From assembly GCA_028534125.1 (NCBI GenBank), contig CM052832.1, positions 9,240,001-9,304,000 on the forward strand: 64,000 bases of DNA, in the 5' to 3' direction. Below, in pieces: positions 37,916 to 51,362 of the stretch (position 1 is the first letter of the stretch; each line of letters begins with the position of its first letter). The stretch is from Lama glama (lineage: Eukaryota). The notes below the pieces were generated by a model. That model was given only the letters and a program-made list of their open reading frames with translations. It was not told the origin of the DNA and did not search any database. The position numbers and the translations under genes are program-made.

Positions 37916-40641
37916 TGCTCTGGAGCCATTTACAAATAAATGATCAGATTGAGGTTTCTCAGAAGACATGAGCCATGTGAATTTAGGCCACGCAGCACAT
38001 GAAGCCAAGCTGTGGTTCTATATTTTCAGAGGATACTTTAATTTTCCCTCCCACCCACCACCAAGATTGAAGCAGGTAAGTTTTTTTTTTTTTTTACTGT
38101 ACTTTTCTGTGGGCTGGATTTTTCTAGCTCATCTTTTGGTATCTTTGCTTTGTGCATGGGTCTCCTATCCATCTCCCTCACTTTGGAAGGACTTCCATCC
38201 TCTAGACCTTGTGAAGGGGATCAAAATGGAAACCTGAGGTCGTAAAAGATGACTTTAAGGAAACTGGCATTTCACTTGTATTTCTCCTTTCACTCATTTG
38301 GCTTATGTACCTCTTTGTAGCTTCCTTGCTAACTTATTTTGAAAATTGAAAACAAATCTATTTTGTCCAGAATTTTTATTTGTCTTGCAGAAAGAAGCTG
38401 TTAAGGCTCTCTGATCTACTATGCTGCTAGAAGCAGATATTAGGACTTCCCATACCAAGTAGCAAAATATTTTATAATGCTAAACCAATTAAAATTTCTT
38501 TAAATTGTGTGGTTTTGGCATAAAAATAGATAAACAGATTAATGGGGCAGAACAGACACTTGAGAAATAGATCTGTCTCTATATGAGAGCTTAGTATGTA
38601 TCTTTGCTATATACCATTTGCAAAATATTATTTATAGTTACAAAGGCATAGAGGAACTGAAAGGAGGTAGAGGAGGTGTTGGAAAATGAGCTAATTTTTT
38701 TACATCTATCATATGACAGATTAAATAGATAATGTGTAATATTGATAAACCAGGAAATGGCAGTAGAAGCATATTTAGGAATATGGAAGCATATCAGTTA
38801 GAGTGCCTTTTTCCCGATAACAAAAATAACCCTAATTCAATTTGACTGGGATTGTGAGAAAATGTATTGGCTCTCATCACTAGGTAGGGCAAGTTTAAGA
38901 TCGATCCAATCCAGTATATTTAGCTATGTTTCCCTGCATTTCTCTTGGCCCTGAGCCAAGGCCAAGAGATTTTATGGGTTGACTTCATCCTCAGGTTGGT
39001 ATCCTGGGTCTTTCCACATTTCCAAGTCCTGGAAAAACTGATCTCTAGTCCCCAGAAGGAAAATAAAATTTCCCCCTTCCCTCTCTCATTTAAGAGTCTT
39101 CTTACATTTTTATACTCTGCCTCAAAATGAACCTGTTTACAGGATGATTGATGGTGAGAACGTCTATTCTTCATAGAAAGGAAAAACTTGGGCCACTTCC
39201 ATGGTAGAGGGTGAGCTATGTGGAGGCAAGTCAGGAGAATGGTCAGGGAATTGCCTGGGCTTAGGAGTAATGATACGTTGTTCTTAAGTGGTGTAACCTG
39301 CCTATTAGTCTCAACCTCCAGCAGGTGTTATTAATGTTACATCTCAGTCTCAATGCTGCTGGGAGAAGTTAGGAAAGAGCTGGTGCCCAGGCTTGGGGCG
39401 AAGACTTAGAAGGAAAAGTGGAATCCCTAAACCCTAGGCAGAGATGATTAGCAATATCAGTCAGGAGAAGAGAGTTATGTCCCAGAAAAAAGTAAGCCAC
39501 AAGGTGTGGGCTGAGGAGGAGCTTCTCAAACACGTTGGGGATGGATGTGTGTGGTTATTTATAGCAAGTAGTCTGCTAGGGGCTTGAATCATAATTATGG
39601 TTATAATTATTTGGGTATAAAGAAGGTGAATGACCAAATTTTATATATGGGTTTCCAATAGATTGTGTCTCAACCCAATTTTTCATCAATTCTTTTCCCT
39701 TTCTGGAAAATATTCCTAGGAATTTCCTAGGAAAATATTCCCTTATTCTACAGAAAAATCACTATTCTCTATAATTGAGTTTCCAGGGCAGAATCCATTA
39801 CTGGTCAATGGAAGGAAGGCTCCTTAGGTAAGACATGAGAGTGGACCTCCTTGTCCACTTAGCTATTGATTTGATTTTTAAAAAATGCTACTATTTGTGC
39901 ACAGGTGTGCCTGTTTATGTTCAATCAAAAATTATAGGAAGTCAGAGGCTGGACCTGTGGAATCCTCCTTCCAAAATGCCTGCCTTTTCACTGCATGTAA
40001 CTGGGCTTCTAATAGAAGATTCCATGTATTGGTGATGTTCTTCTAGGGGAGCTATCCTTCTGGGGCAGTTGTGGGGCTGGAGATGTAGATATTCTGGTCA
40101 AATAAGAAAGAGTACTTTAAAATTCTGGACAAGACTATCTGGGAAAGCACTGTATTTCCTGATTCCTAGAGGCCTTTATGAATGGAATGGATTGAAACTT
40201 GTTTTTAATGATTTAGCTGTTCATCTATGAAGGAAAGTGTAAAATCTGATACTCTTTCAGAGTCCTTTTTTAATTCTATTTTTATATATTTAAAATTCAG
40301 AACACAAATAAAATTTAAGCTTCCCATTTCATTTTGCCCCCAAGGTACATAAGTTTGACATAGAGCATGGGAATGGTAAATGGAAAGAAAAATATATAAA
40401 CCTGGATTTAGGTGTTTTTCCTTAAAATGACAAAACTATGGTTTGCCACATATTCTATACAGCTTTGGAAGAGAATTCTTCCTCCATTTATCCCTAATAA
40501 TTATTATATTCAGAAGAAAGGCATAGGGAGGAGTGTTTCTTTCTAAATAAAATTTCATTCAAGTTTGGCAGCTATTGATGTGCTAGGAAATAATAGGGCA
40601 ATCATCATTTGTTCTTGCAAAATGCTTTTCCATAGAAGGAT

Positions 40642-41996
40642 TTTTTCTTTTTTTAATTGAAGTATAGTCAGTTTACAATGTGTCAATTTCTGGTGTACAG
40701 CATAATGTCCCAGACATGCATATATATACATATATTCATCTTCACATTCTTTTTCAATAAAGGTTATTACAAGATATTGAATAGAGTCCCCTGTGCTATA
40801 CAGAAGAAATTTGTTTTTATGTATTTTTATATATAGTGGATAACACTTGAAAATCTCAAACTCCCAAATTTATTCCTTCCCACCTTCTTTCCCCCAGTAA
40901 CCGTAAAATTGTTTACTATGTCTGTGAGTCTGTTTCTGTTTTGTAAATAAGTTTATTAGTGTCCTCTTTTTTCTTTTTCTTTTTTTTTAAGATTCCACAT
41001 ATGAGTAATATAATATGGTATTTTTTCTTTCTCTTTCTGGCTTACTTCACTTAGAATGACAATCTCCAGGGTCATCTATGTTGCTGCAAATGGCATTATT
41101 TTATTCTTTTTTATGGCTCAGTAGTATTCCATTGTAGAAATATACCACAGCTTCTTTATCCAGTCATCCATTGATGGACATTTAGGTTGCTTCCATGTCT
41201 TGGCTATTGTAAATAGTGCTGCTATGAACATTGGGGTGCATGTATCTTTTTGAATTAGAGTTCCCTCCAGATACATGCCCAGGAGTGGGATTGCTGGATC
41301 ATAGGGTAAGTCTATTTTTAGTTTTTTGAGGAATCTCCATACTGTTTTCCATAGTGGCTGCACCAAACTGCATTCCCACGAGCAGTGTAGGAGTATTCCC
41401 TTTTCTCCACACCGTCTCCAGCATTTAACGTTCATGGAATTTTGAATGATGGCCATTCTGACTAGTATGAGGTGATACCTCATTCTAGTTTTGATTTGTA
41501 TTTCTCTGATAATTAGCGATAGTGAACATTTTTTCATGTGCCTATTGGCCATTTGTAAGTCTTCATTGGAGAATTCCTTCATTAGGTCTTCTGCCCTTTT
41601 TTGGATTGGGTTTTTTGTTGTTGTTGTTATTAAGTTGTACGAGCTGTTTATATATTCTGGAAATTAAACCTTTGTCAGTCGCATCATTTGCAAATATTTT
41701 TTCCCATCCCGTAGATTGTCGTTTTGTTTTACTTACAGTTTCCTTTGCTGTGAAAAGCTTATAAGTTTAATTAGGTCCCATTTGTTTGTTTTTGCTTTTA
41801 TTTCTATTGCCTGGGTAGACTGCCCTAGGAGAACCTTGCTAATAAGATTTATGTCAGAGAATGTTTTGCCTGTGTTTTCTTCTAGGAAGTTTATCTTGTC
41901 TTGTTTTATATTTAAATCTTTAAGTCATTTTGAGTTTATTTTTTGTGTATGGCATGAGGGAGTGTTCTAATTGATTTACATACTACTGTCCAGTTT
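40642..41996 (-). mobile_element. Young 5'-truncated L1 (ORF2 C-terminus and 3' UTR)
   Basis: ORF 41118..41582 encodes the L1 ORF2p Cys-rich C-terminus ([49 protein letters not shown]). TSD is ttttccat(a/g)gaaggat at 40626-40641 and 41997-42012. Confidence 0.97.
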
Positions 41997-43049
41997 TTTT
42001 CCATGGAAGGATCTTTCCATTTAGAAATGATGACCTTATTAATCCCAGCCACATTTATGCGGGAGAACAGGCACATGTGTGACAATGTTATAGACAGCCA
42101 AAGGGCTGCAAAGAAAGTTACATGATTTGTCAAAGGTAAACTTACAGATCCCTAAGAACAGTTTGACAATCATTTTAAGCACTGACTGTAGCTTAATATG
42201 TTTCTCTTCCAAGAGTATGGGAACAACGTCTTAAGTCTTTGGAATAAGCATCGTCTTTAAAATAAAATTTGTTTTACTTTGTTGGATTATGAATGTACTA
42301 CATGATCATTGTGGAAAATTTGGAAGACATGAGATGGAAAAGAAGATGGAAAAAAGTCATCATCACTCCACACTCTCAGAAACAGTATCTTTTCTTTCTT
42401 GTAATACCTGGAATGGCTTTGATTTCTTGACCAAGTTCTGACTAATACATTAGATCACATGGTTCAAAACTACTCCAGCATGTCACCTGCTAAGTAACGA
42501 GGATCCATATCTTAGGTCACAGATGCTGATTGGGAGAGGTCAGTATTAGGTCAAGTAAATGAAAGAAGATGGGGCTACAGAGAATTGTACGGGTATGTAA
42601 ATACCTTGTTCCTCCTTTGCCTGAAATGGAGCAAAATTAACTGGATGAAATTAAATGCACTGAAGACACCTTTTATATGGCCTCCTCTGGGTCATAGAGT
42701 TAACTTTCCTCCTTCGATCTGTTATCTAATAATGGCCTTCTCCCCTTTTTTCCTGTGATCTCTTCTATTTCCTAAATAATGACTTCATTTGTAAGGGTAA
42801 AAACTTTACCCAGTGGAAGCAATACCAACTTTTGAAACTGGAGCATAACATCAATGGGCATGATTTTAAAGAGAGCAACTGTAATATTAATGAGAATGAG
42901 AACTGTAATGAGTCAGAAGGCAAATATTTTCAAGTTTTAACAAATACCTGTTTAGAATTTACCCTATACTGTGTCAGGCACTGCTGGCAATGCCGTGATT
43001 AAAAAGTTGATCTGCCCTTAAGAAGCTGGACTAGAGAGAGAAGAAGTAA

Positions 43050-43500
43050 ATTTGACTGTAGAGAACAACAATGGTTTAAACATAGAAAGATTTATTCTTT
43101 TCCAGAAAAGAAGTCTAGAGGAGATAATTCAGGGATGGAACAGTGGCTTCACGAAGTCATTGGACCCTGGTTTCCTTCTGTCTTTCTATTTCATCAACCT
43201 CAATCAAGGTCACCTTATGACCCAAGATGGCCTTCTTGGTGCTAGTCACCTCCTCTTCATCTCGGGCAGTGGGAAGGTGGAAGGAGAAAGGACAAAAGGT
43301 CCAGCCTTCCACCTGACTCTGTTCTCCTTTAGCAATCTTCCTGTAAGTGCTCCTTATAGCTCACTGATCAGAATTTAGTTACATGGCCATACTTGGCAAG
43401 GGAGGCTAGAGAGAGTAATTTCTATGGGGTTTATTGCCACCCTCTATTACTAAAAAGCGAGGCAGAATGGATATTGGGGGGCAACTTACAATTTCTGCTG
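43050..43500. mobile_element. MLT1K/L-like LTR remnant
   Basis: acaatggtttaaacatagaaagatttatt...ccaagatggc...cagaatttagttacatggccatac...aagggaggctag. Confidence 0.6.
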
Positions 43501-45415
43501 TAGGAAGTTAAATTCTACCTGGGGAAATGAAAACCTGTAGGCTTGAAAAGACAATCAGTAGTATATTGGGAAGGGCCAAGCAATGGTTGCCAAAATTTGA
43601 AGGAGGAAGAGTAGGTGTCAAGGCAGTCTGGGAAGGTTTCTTGGAAGAACTAGGATTTGAACTCCCCTTTGAGGATGAGAAGGATTCAACAGGCACAAAA
43701 GACTGGGGAAGGGCATCCCAGCAGGAGGCACTGATCTGAGCAGAAGCCTAGAAGCAGGACAATGCAGATCAGCCTCGGGGGCAGAAGCCACAGCAACCAA
43801 ATGTTAAGCCGCGATGTAATGGAGTCTTTGGCTGGAAGGGAAGGAATACTGATTTTTGAATATTACCCAAGGTAAAAGTTCCAAGACCCCTTGGCCAGGA
43901 TAAAATATGAATACTGAATTTGCTTCCCTGTTACTGGAAGTGACACTCCTATATTCTACACACGACTCATGCCAGCAGAAATGATCGCGTTATTTACTCC
44001 AGTGAGTTCCCCTAATTTTTGGATTGTCCAAAACTGCACAAAGAGTGTAATGAGTGAATATATGACAACAGTAATCAAAATAAGTACATGGGATGTCTGA
44101 GACTACAGCCCAAGGCTATTATTCAGTAAACGAGGGAGAAAAAGCCTACAAATAAATGGTTCCGGGCCCCTTTCCTAAATATTAATTGTTTATTTCACGA
44201 TTCTCCTCCACTCTAAACAGACCTTAAACTGCCCCTTCTTAATATGCTCCCATAAAGGATTATAAACTAGAAACGAGGTTAGTTTAAACAAAGTAATCAG
44301 AAAGTAAGCAATCTTCTCTTTCTCTCTGGCTCGAAGCTTGTTTTGTCTATTAAGGAACTTTTCTCTTCAGTGCACAGACCTCAAGGTCAAACAGAGGTCA
44401 TTCTTCTGCTTTTTGAGGTATGGGTGCTTTCACGTTATTTGCTCATTTTTATTGCTGAGAATAACCATCCATTTGCCCGCATAACCAGGGCCTCCCCAAC
44501 ACAAAGACCTGAGAGTAGGCACTGGTGGGGAGTTAATCCCATTCAACACAAAGCAAACAAGTTCAAATCTCATTAAACGTCGGACTTTGTAGCAAGAATA
44601 CAAATATTTCCAATTTTGAAAAGGAAGATAGAAATGTGACACAGAAGTATTTGAATCATTTAGTAGAATAAATCGTTCCAACATGATCCTAAAACTGTCA
44701 ACTTGGTGGAAAAAAGAAGAAAACTCCATTAATAATACAACAGCAATGCTTACTTTTTCACACAAGGAAAATTCCATTATAACAAACAGCCCGAGGGTTT
44801 CAAATTGCTTTTGTTCTAGATCAGTGGAATATTGTTATAAAGAATATATTGCTGGCAATGATAGTTTGGATCTGAAGATGAAATCTAGCTGATTTTTTCG
44901 AGACAACGAGCAGAGATGGAAGTGGTTGCACATGGGGCCATGTGTAAATAACCTACTTTGGGCACATTTTTAAAAGGTGGACCCTTCACATGAGCACACA
45001 GCTTGGTGCGCAGAATTCAGGCTGGACTTCAATTCCATTTGCCCCCTCAGCCAGGGCACAGCTGTACCACCTTCTGCAGAGGTCTTGGTTGCACAAGATT
45101 GTACTTTTAAGACCTATTTATAAGTTGATTCTCTGAAATTCTTTACCTTGAGACTATCCCAGGACAGACCTCACTATGTGCCTCCTTTTTGGTTAAAAGT
45201 TCCTCTAGGATAGAATTTCTCATTTAGAGATTTGGACCAATGTTTTTTACCCCTTGTTTTACCCCTAGCTTCATCTTATGAGGGCCTTGTGAGCCCCTCT
45301 GCACCCTCAACGATGCCATGACTATGGTGCATCTGGCAAGATATGGGCCAAGGTTGACCAGAGCTCTTGACTTTATAGCCAGAATTCTCAATTGACCCAT
45401 GATCTTCCAAGGACC

Positions 45416-45870
45416 TGTCTTAGCTTGGGTTCCCCTAAAAGCAGACCCTAAGTCCAGGATTTGGATATGTATAGTTGACTTCGGAGGTGGTCCCAGGAGG
45501 CACAGCGTGTTGAAGAAATGATACAAGGAAAGGACAGATGTTGGTAAAGGATGCATCAGTGAGTTACTGTTGTGGGCAGCTGGGGCCCCATCCCCCTGTG
45601 GAGCCTCTGAGAGACGTGTAAAAAACTCCTCAGAATCGTCCCACCGAGGGGAAGGAAGCTGAAGTGTTTATTCACTAACTCTGGTCCTCGTTAACTGAGG
45701 ATTTTTTCTAGGAGTGGGGACTGACATGGTACTGGGGCCAGAGAAGGCTCAGAGGCAGAAGAAGCAGGTGCTTGGGATACAAAGACGTTGGTGTGCACAG
45801 GAAATGCGACCAAACTGGAGGTGGCCTGCCCAGCGGACTGAGGGGTTATGGATGGGATATGGACAGCTTT
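45416..45870. mobile_element. ERVL/MaLR-class solo LTR
   Basis: Begins tgtcttagcttgggttcccctaaaagcagaccct...ggatttg...ggaggtggtcccaggaggcac. Confidence 0.65.
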
Positions 45871-46325
45871 TCCCTCTGAAGCTGTTTCTCCACATCAGGT
45901 CCTGATCTGGTCTTGGTAGTTCATGCCCTCTCTGCCTCCTTAGATGTGCTGGGGCAGAAAAGGCTTGTGAACCATGTGTGTCCTGAACGACCCTTTAGAC
46001 CTCACTCCTGTTCCTAAAAGATGATTCTTTCTCTCCCTTTACTTTCTAAGTCAATGCCTTCTGATCTTCTGCATGTAATTGAACACATAGGAAGGATCCT
46101 ATTTGTTAGCATATTGATCTTCTCCCATGCTTTTGCGGGAAACAGAAATGACGAGGCTGTTCCTACATGGAGATGCCAGTGAGAGTAAAGAGATTCTGGC
46201 AACCCTGAGGGCCACAGGAGTTTCGATCCCAGCACCCAGACTGTCCCTGTACAACAGTGACAGTAGGGAAGTTCCATGACTACATCCTCCTGTTCACCAA
46301 GTCCTGCTAATTATTCCTTTCTACC

Positions 46326-46480
46326 AGTGGTTCAAGTTTTCTGTGGTCAGGGGCCCCTTTGAGAATCAAATGAGAACCATGGGCTTGCTCCTTAGAATAA
46401 TGTGCAAATACACACACATAGATATGTAATTTGCATACAATATCAGGGGATCCACATAACTCCTGAAGCTCATGTGGGGA
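46326..46480. mobile_element. hAT-Charlie-type MITE remnant
   Basis: Starts cagtggtt, followed by ggcccctttgagaatc and aatttgcatacaat. Confidence 0.45.
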
Positions 46481-46609
46481 CAGTCTATACTTGAGCAATG
46501 GAATTGCTTGGGTATGTCCATTTTCTTCCATTTCTGTAGCCTAAATGCCTTGGTTGAGGTTCCCCAGCTTCCTGACCCTGTCTTTGACATGATCCAGTGA
46601 AGTGATGAA

Positions 46610-46835
46610 CAGCCAGATACCCAGGGTTCATCTTAGCTGTGCTAGACGTTAGCTGTGTGTGGTTGGGCAAATCTTTTAACCACGCTGTGCATCAGTTTCG
46701 TCATCTGTACAATGAGGATCATATCAGTACCTACGTTAGAGGGGTGTCGTGCGGTTCAGAGAGTTAATAAAGGTAAACCACTTAGAGCTGTGTTTGGCAC
46801 ATAACCAGTGCCCTGTAAGTGTAAGCTAGGTTATT
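46610..46835 (+). mobile_element. MIR SINE
   Basis: agctgtgtgtggttgggcaaatc...cagtttcgtcatctgtacaatgagga...cacttagagctgtgtttggcacata. Confidence 0.85.
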
Positions 46836-47516
46836 GTTGGCTGGTATTTGGATGGAAGCCATTGCTTTGGAAGGCAGAGTGACTTCATGGGAAGTCTAGA
46901 TTTGATGTCAGTCAGCAGTGAGTGTAAATCTTCCCTCTCACAATTACTGACTATGTTATCATGGGGTCAGTAAGGGATTTTTTTCACTCTCTTAGCCTAG
47001 ATTTCCTCATCAAGGAACTGTTAGGTCACTGGTTCTTAATAACATTTCATAATGCCCCCTTTCTACACCAAAATGAAATTCATAGGCAATATGATCATTC
47101 TGTACACATAGTTTTAAATGATTATAATGCCCACATATAAAGGAGAAACCAGAGAAGAGCTGTTTATCATAAAATAATATAAAATGTGTAGGCCTAACTG
47201 TAAAAGAAAAATTAATGAAGTGGTCAGATGCTTGCACTGAAGTGTAGAATCACCGTGAAGGTAGTACCTTAACTGCAGACCAAGACCAGTGTGTGGCTGG
47301 TGTCAATGGCTCAAATACCATGATCAGCATTGTTAAGTGACAGAGTTTTTTCTTTTCTAACATCTTGGTAAAAGTCTGAACAAAACAAAGTTAGAATCTT
47401 CTCTCTGTTTAATGTGTAGTTGACATTCCTGGAAAAATCAGTGTAAACCCACAAGAAGACACTCTGTGATGATGTGGAAAACAGAGTTAGGTAGGTGGTG
47501 TTGCTTGATCTTTAGA

Positions 47517-47746
47517 ACAGGCTTTCCACCCACCTAAGTAGACTTTTGAAAGTTGTGTGGAGGGGTCATGGAAATTCTCTGTTGGGCAGGACTGTCTCCT
47601 ATCTGGAAGGAAGAAGAACACCCCTGGTTCCAACCTATAATGCCAGTAATGCCAATCCCGTAACCATTGTGATAATCAAAAATCCCCCCAGATTTCCATA
47701 ACACACCCCAGAAGGGATGTATTTCTCTCATTTGACCACCACTGGG
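47517..47746. mobile_element. MER20-like hAT-Charlie MITE
   Basis: ttgggcaggactgtc...aatgccagtaa...cattgtgataatcaaaaat...accactg. Confidence 0.55.
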
Positions 47747-48099
47747 TTAACTAAGTCTTGAATCCAAAAAGCCTGAAAAACTCTGGACCAGGAAAGGCCT
47801 TCCTTGGTGAAGGTTTTCCAACAAACCCTACATTCCCTCAGCCTTTCCCTGGGACTCCAGTTCTGGGAACCAAGGGAACACAGCTGATGGGACAACTGGC
47901 CAGGGCCAGCCCTGGAAAGGACCTTGAAGAAGGTACATGTTACTTCTGCCTTCTCCTCACTCCGTCTCCTCCCATCTCTGCAGGGATTTTTCCTTTTTCT
48001 CTCCTTCTCAAGCTTTCTCGCTAACAAAAACCTCTTTCAGAAATAAAGATGATGTTAAGGATTTATACCTTCATGTGAATATGTGTTTATTTTACATCT

Positions 48100-48920
48100 C
48101 TCTAATCCAAATGGCCCATGAGCTTATAAAAATGTGCTCAGCCTCCCTAGAAATCAGGGTAGTGAAAAATTTCACTCATCAGATTGGCAAAAATCTAAAA
48201 CTCCAACAATACCAGATACTGGAAAAAAAAGTGGAGAAATTCGTACAGCCACTTTGGGGAGCAATTTGATTTTATCTATTAAGATTGACAATGCTTATAT
48301 TCCTACATCCCAGGAAATGGACTTTTAGGTCTACACCTTAGAGAAACACTATTTGGTTGTACCAGAATATATATATGTTTGTAGCAGCATTATGTCTAAT
48401 GGTGAAAAACTAAATCAACTGGAAACATTGAAATGTCATTAATAGAAGATCAGATTCATGTATCATCGTATATTCATACAAGGGAATATTATACAGCAAT
48501 TACAATGATGAATCACAGCTCCGTGTCTGCACAATGATAAATCTTAAAAACAATGCGGAAAAGGTAATTGCAGGGTATGTAGAGTGTGGCACCATTTAAA
48601 TAGTTTAAAAACCTGCAAAGCAGCACCATATATTGTTTATAGATACATGAATATGTAGTAAAAGCATAAAACACCTACAAGAATGATTAATGCTTCATGA
48701 TCTTGGTTATTTCTGAAGAAGGAGAAAGAAGAATGAGATGGGGGAAGAGGACACACAGAAAGCTCTCAGTTGTACCTGCAATTTTTTGTTCTCTAAAAAA
48801 ATATCTGAAGGAAATGCAGCAAACTGTTAAGATTTAATTTTCTTGGTTCTGGGTAGACTACGTATTCATTATCTTTTATCTATTTCTATGAGAAATATAC
48901 CATAATAAAAATAATTTTTA
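48100..48920 (+). mobile_element. Ancient L1 (L1ME-like) 3' end
   Basis: catcagattggcaaaaat...cagccactttggggagcaatttg...ggaatattatacagcaatt. Confidence 0.7.
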
Positions 48921-49042
48921 AAAGTGACACATCTCTAAGGGGTATTTGTATTCTTGATTTAGCAAGTTCTTTCTGATCTTCTAGGAGGTGCTGAGACCGA
49001 GAACTCAACAATGAACAAGATACAATTCCAGCCGTTAGATGA

Positions 49043-49215
49043 TAGTTTTCAAACTTCATTGGGCATCAGAATCACCTGGAAGTCTTGTTAAAACAGACTG
49101 CTGGGCCCACCTCCATAGTTTCTGATTCCGTAGGTCCAGGATGGGGCTTGAGAATTTGCATTTCTGACAAGTTCCCAGGTGATGCTGATGTCGCTGGTTT
49201 GGGGACCACACTTCT
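49043..49215. mobile_element. MER5A hAT-Charlie MITE
   Basis: gcatcagaatcacctggaagtcttgttaaaacagactgctgggccc...agaatttgcatttctgacaagttcccaggtgatgctgatg. Confidence 0.9.
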
Positions 49216-50314
49216 CCTGAAGTTGTTGAATACTCTGTGGAAGGACTTTATTCTTGCTGTAAGGATTCCAAGAACTGATGGGAGAAGTAGTTTCTGGATG
49301 GTATGCTCGGCCAAGTCTATAAAGGCAAACTTTTGCTTCCCATCTTAGGCCACAAGAAACACATCATCTTCCTGGCTTCTCAAAAAATGTCACTCTATCC
49401 TCCCACCCCTTCTTACTTGTGGTTGTGTATATTTCAGTTTATTCCATGAAAACTTTATTCCTCTATTTATCTTATTTGGTGTATGCCTGATACAAAATGT
49501 CAACAGTAGTTATTCTTGGATGTTGGGATTATTGGTAATTTAAAAACCTTTTTGCTTGTCTGCATCATTTATCATTTCCATTATGAGCAAGTGTTAATTA
49601 CATAATGAGGATATTAAAGTAAAATAAATATATACCAAGTTGTGTTAGGCTCTGTGATGAGGGCAGAGGTGCTAAGAATATGAATGTGTACTTGCTTTTA
49701 AAACGTTTATGATCTCATTCATACATACATTGGAAAAATATTTAGAAATAAGACAAGGTATTCAGGAAACAGTGTTTGCTGAGAAATAAATGTACAGTTG
49801 GCAAGAACTCTGGAAGGAAAAAATGACTGGGCTGAGTAGCCCTCGAAGGGGCATTTGAGCCCAGCCTTGGATGATAAAGCTGCCAGAGCCTAAGAAGAGG
49901 GCAAGGGGGGGATGCAATGGTCTCTGCAAATCCCCAGGGTGCCTCAGTACAGGTGCTCAGTGAACACTCTGAAAAACTGAACAATGATTGCATTCAAAAC
50001 CAAACTTCACTTGGGCACAAGTACACATTCAGCGTAACAGTGGCTCATACCCAAGACATATAAATTGCAACCAAAATTAATTTCATCATGGGTTTATGAT
50101 GTCAAGTATGGGAGAAAAATGTCATTTTCCCCGTTTTACATGATTTCTGCATTGATAACTACATCCCCAAAGTGCATCTGTGAGTTTGTAAAGACCCATC
50201 TAGACTGGATACATCTTTTAGGTGTGTTCTCCACTTTTGCCCAAAATTAAGATTGGGGAGTTCTTTGTGGATTTTTGGTCTTCTACTTTCTCTGTTCAAA
50301 ACCATACTTATTCT

Positions 50315-50451
50315 TTTATTTTAAATCTTTTTTTTTTGAGGGGGGAGGTAATTAGTTTTGTTTGTTTGTTTATGGAGGTACTGGGGATTGAACCCAGGAC
50401 CCTGTACAGGCTAAGCAGGCATTCCACCACTGAGCTATACCTTCCCCTCTT
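50315..50451 (-). mobile_element. tRNA-Ala-derived camelid SINE (vic-1 type)
   Basis: ggaggtactggggattgaacccaggaccc...accactgagctatacc. Perfect 17-bp TSD aaaaccatacttattct at 50298-50314 and 50452-50468. Confidence 0.95.
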
Positions 50452-50627
50452 AAAACCATACTTATTCTAAAGGAGCATCTCTTCACTTCCTTATGTTTGG
50501 GATGTTAATATTTTTCTCTGTATTAAGAAAGCCTGGAGACATCTACTGCTGGAGAAGATAAAACAACAGGGATCAAATTTATCCTTCTGCCTTAAACAAC
50601 TAGAAAAACAGGTTAAAATACATGAAA

Positions 50628-50760
50628 GGAGAGGGTATAGCTCAGTGGTAGAATGTGTGCTTAGCATGCACAAGGTCCAGGGTTCAGTCCCCAGGACCTC
50701 CATTAAAAAAATAAATAAATAAGCCTAATTACCTCCCCCTCCAAATAAATAAATTAAATT
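50628..50760 (+). mobile_element. tRNA-Ala-derived camelid SINE (vic-1 type)
   Basis: gagggtatagctcagtggtagaatgtgtgcttagcatgcacaaggtccagggttcagtccccaggacctcca, then gcctaattacctcccc and an A-rich tail. Confidence 0.95.
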
Positions 50761-51194
50761 AAATATATGGAAAAAAAATGAGGGCAGGGGCACAAGGAGG
50801 GGCTGGGTGGAGGAATTACAAAGTGGTATGGGCATGAGGAAATGTATGAGGGTGCTGAATATATTTATTATCTTGATTGTGGTGATGCTTTCACAGGTGT
50901 ATACATATTTCAAAACTTAGATGGTATACTTCAAATATGAGTAGTTTATTTTATGTCAATTATATCTCAAAACAAAAAACTGTTTTAAAAGTATTGGAGA
51001 GAGAGGAAAAAAAGCCTGGAAGTACAGGTACCATTAAAAAAACCCAAAAAACCTCCCATACTATTAGTTGGATCATTTCCCTTTCTTTTAGCAGACTTTA
51101 ATACTGTGAAGCAGAGGTGAATATTCAGTGAAAAATACTCTTATCCTATTTAATTGAGCAATTTCCCCTCTTTTAAAATCAGATTTGTTATTTC

Positions 51195-51362
51195 TGTTAA
51201 GCACTGGGATGCTAATGAAGTTAAAACTTCTGGAGCCTCACTTACAGAGTTCTTTCCAAAGTTCTGTAGCTTATTTTCTATTTGTAACTGTGTTTTCTTT
51301 TTTAAAAAGAGGCTCCAAGTTGTATAAGATTTGGGGTCCATGAAACCTGGATACAATCCTAC
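51195..51362 (-). mobile_element. MER53-type hAT MITE
   Basis: gctaatgaagtt...gcctcactt...aaagaggctccaagttgtataag...aaacctggat. Confidence 0.7.

Noticed and set aside
41118..41582. 154-aa ORF as a host gene
   Set aside because: It is the L1 ORF2p C-terminus inside a TSD-bounded truncated element.
50628..50702. tRNA-Ala(AGC)-like sequence as a true tRNA gene (also at 36894, 18876, 50315 and 1350)
   Set aside because: These copies have stem mismatches, a shared non-tRNA 3' part (cctaattacctcccc), A-rich tails and TSDs, so they are SINEs.
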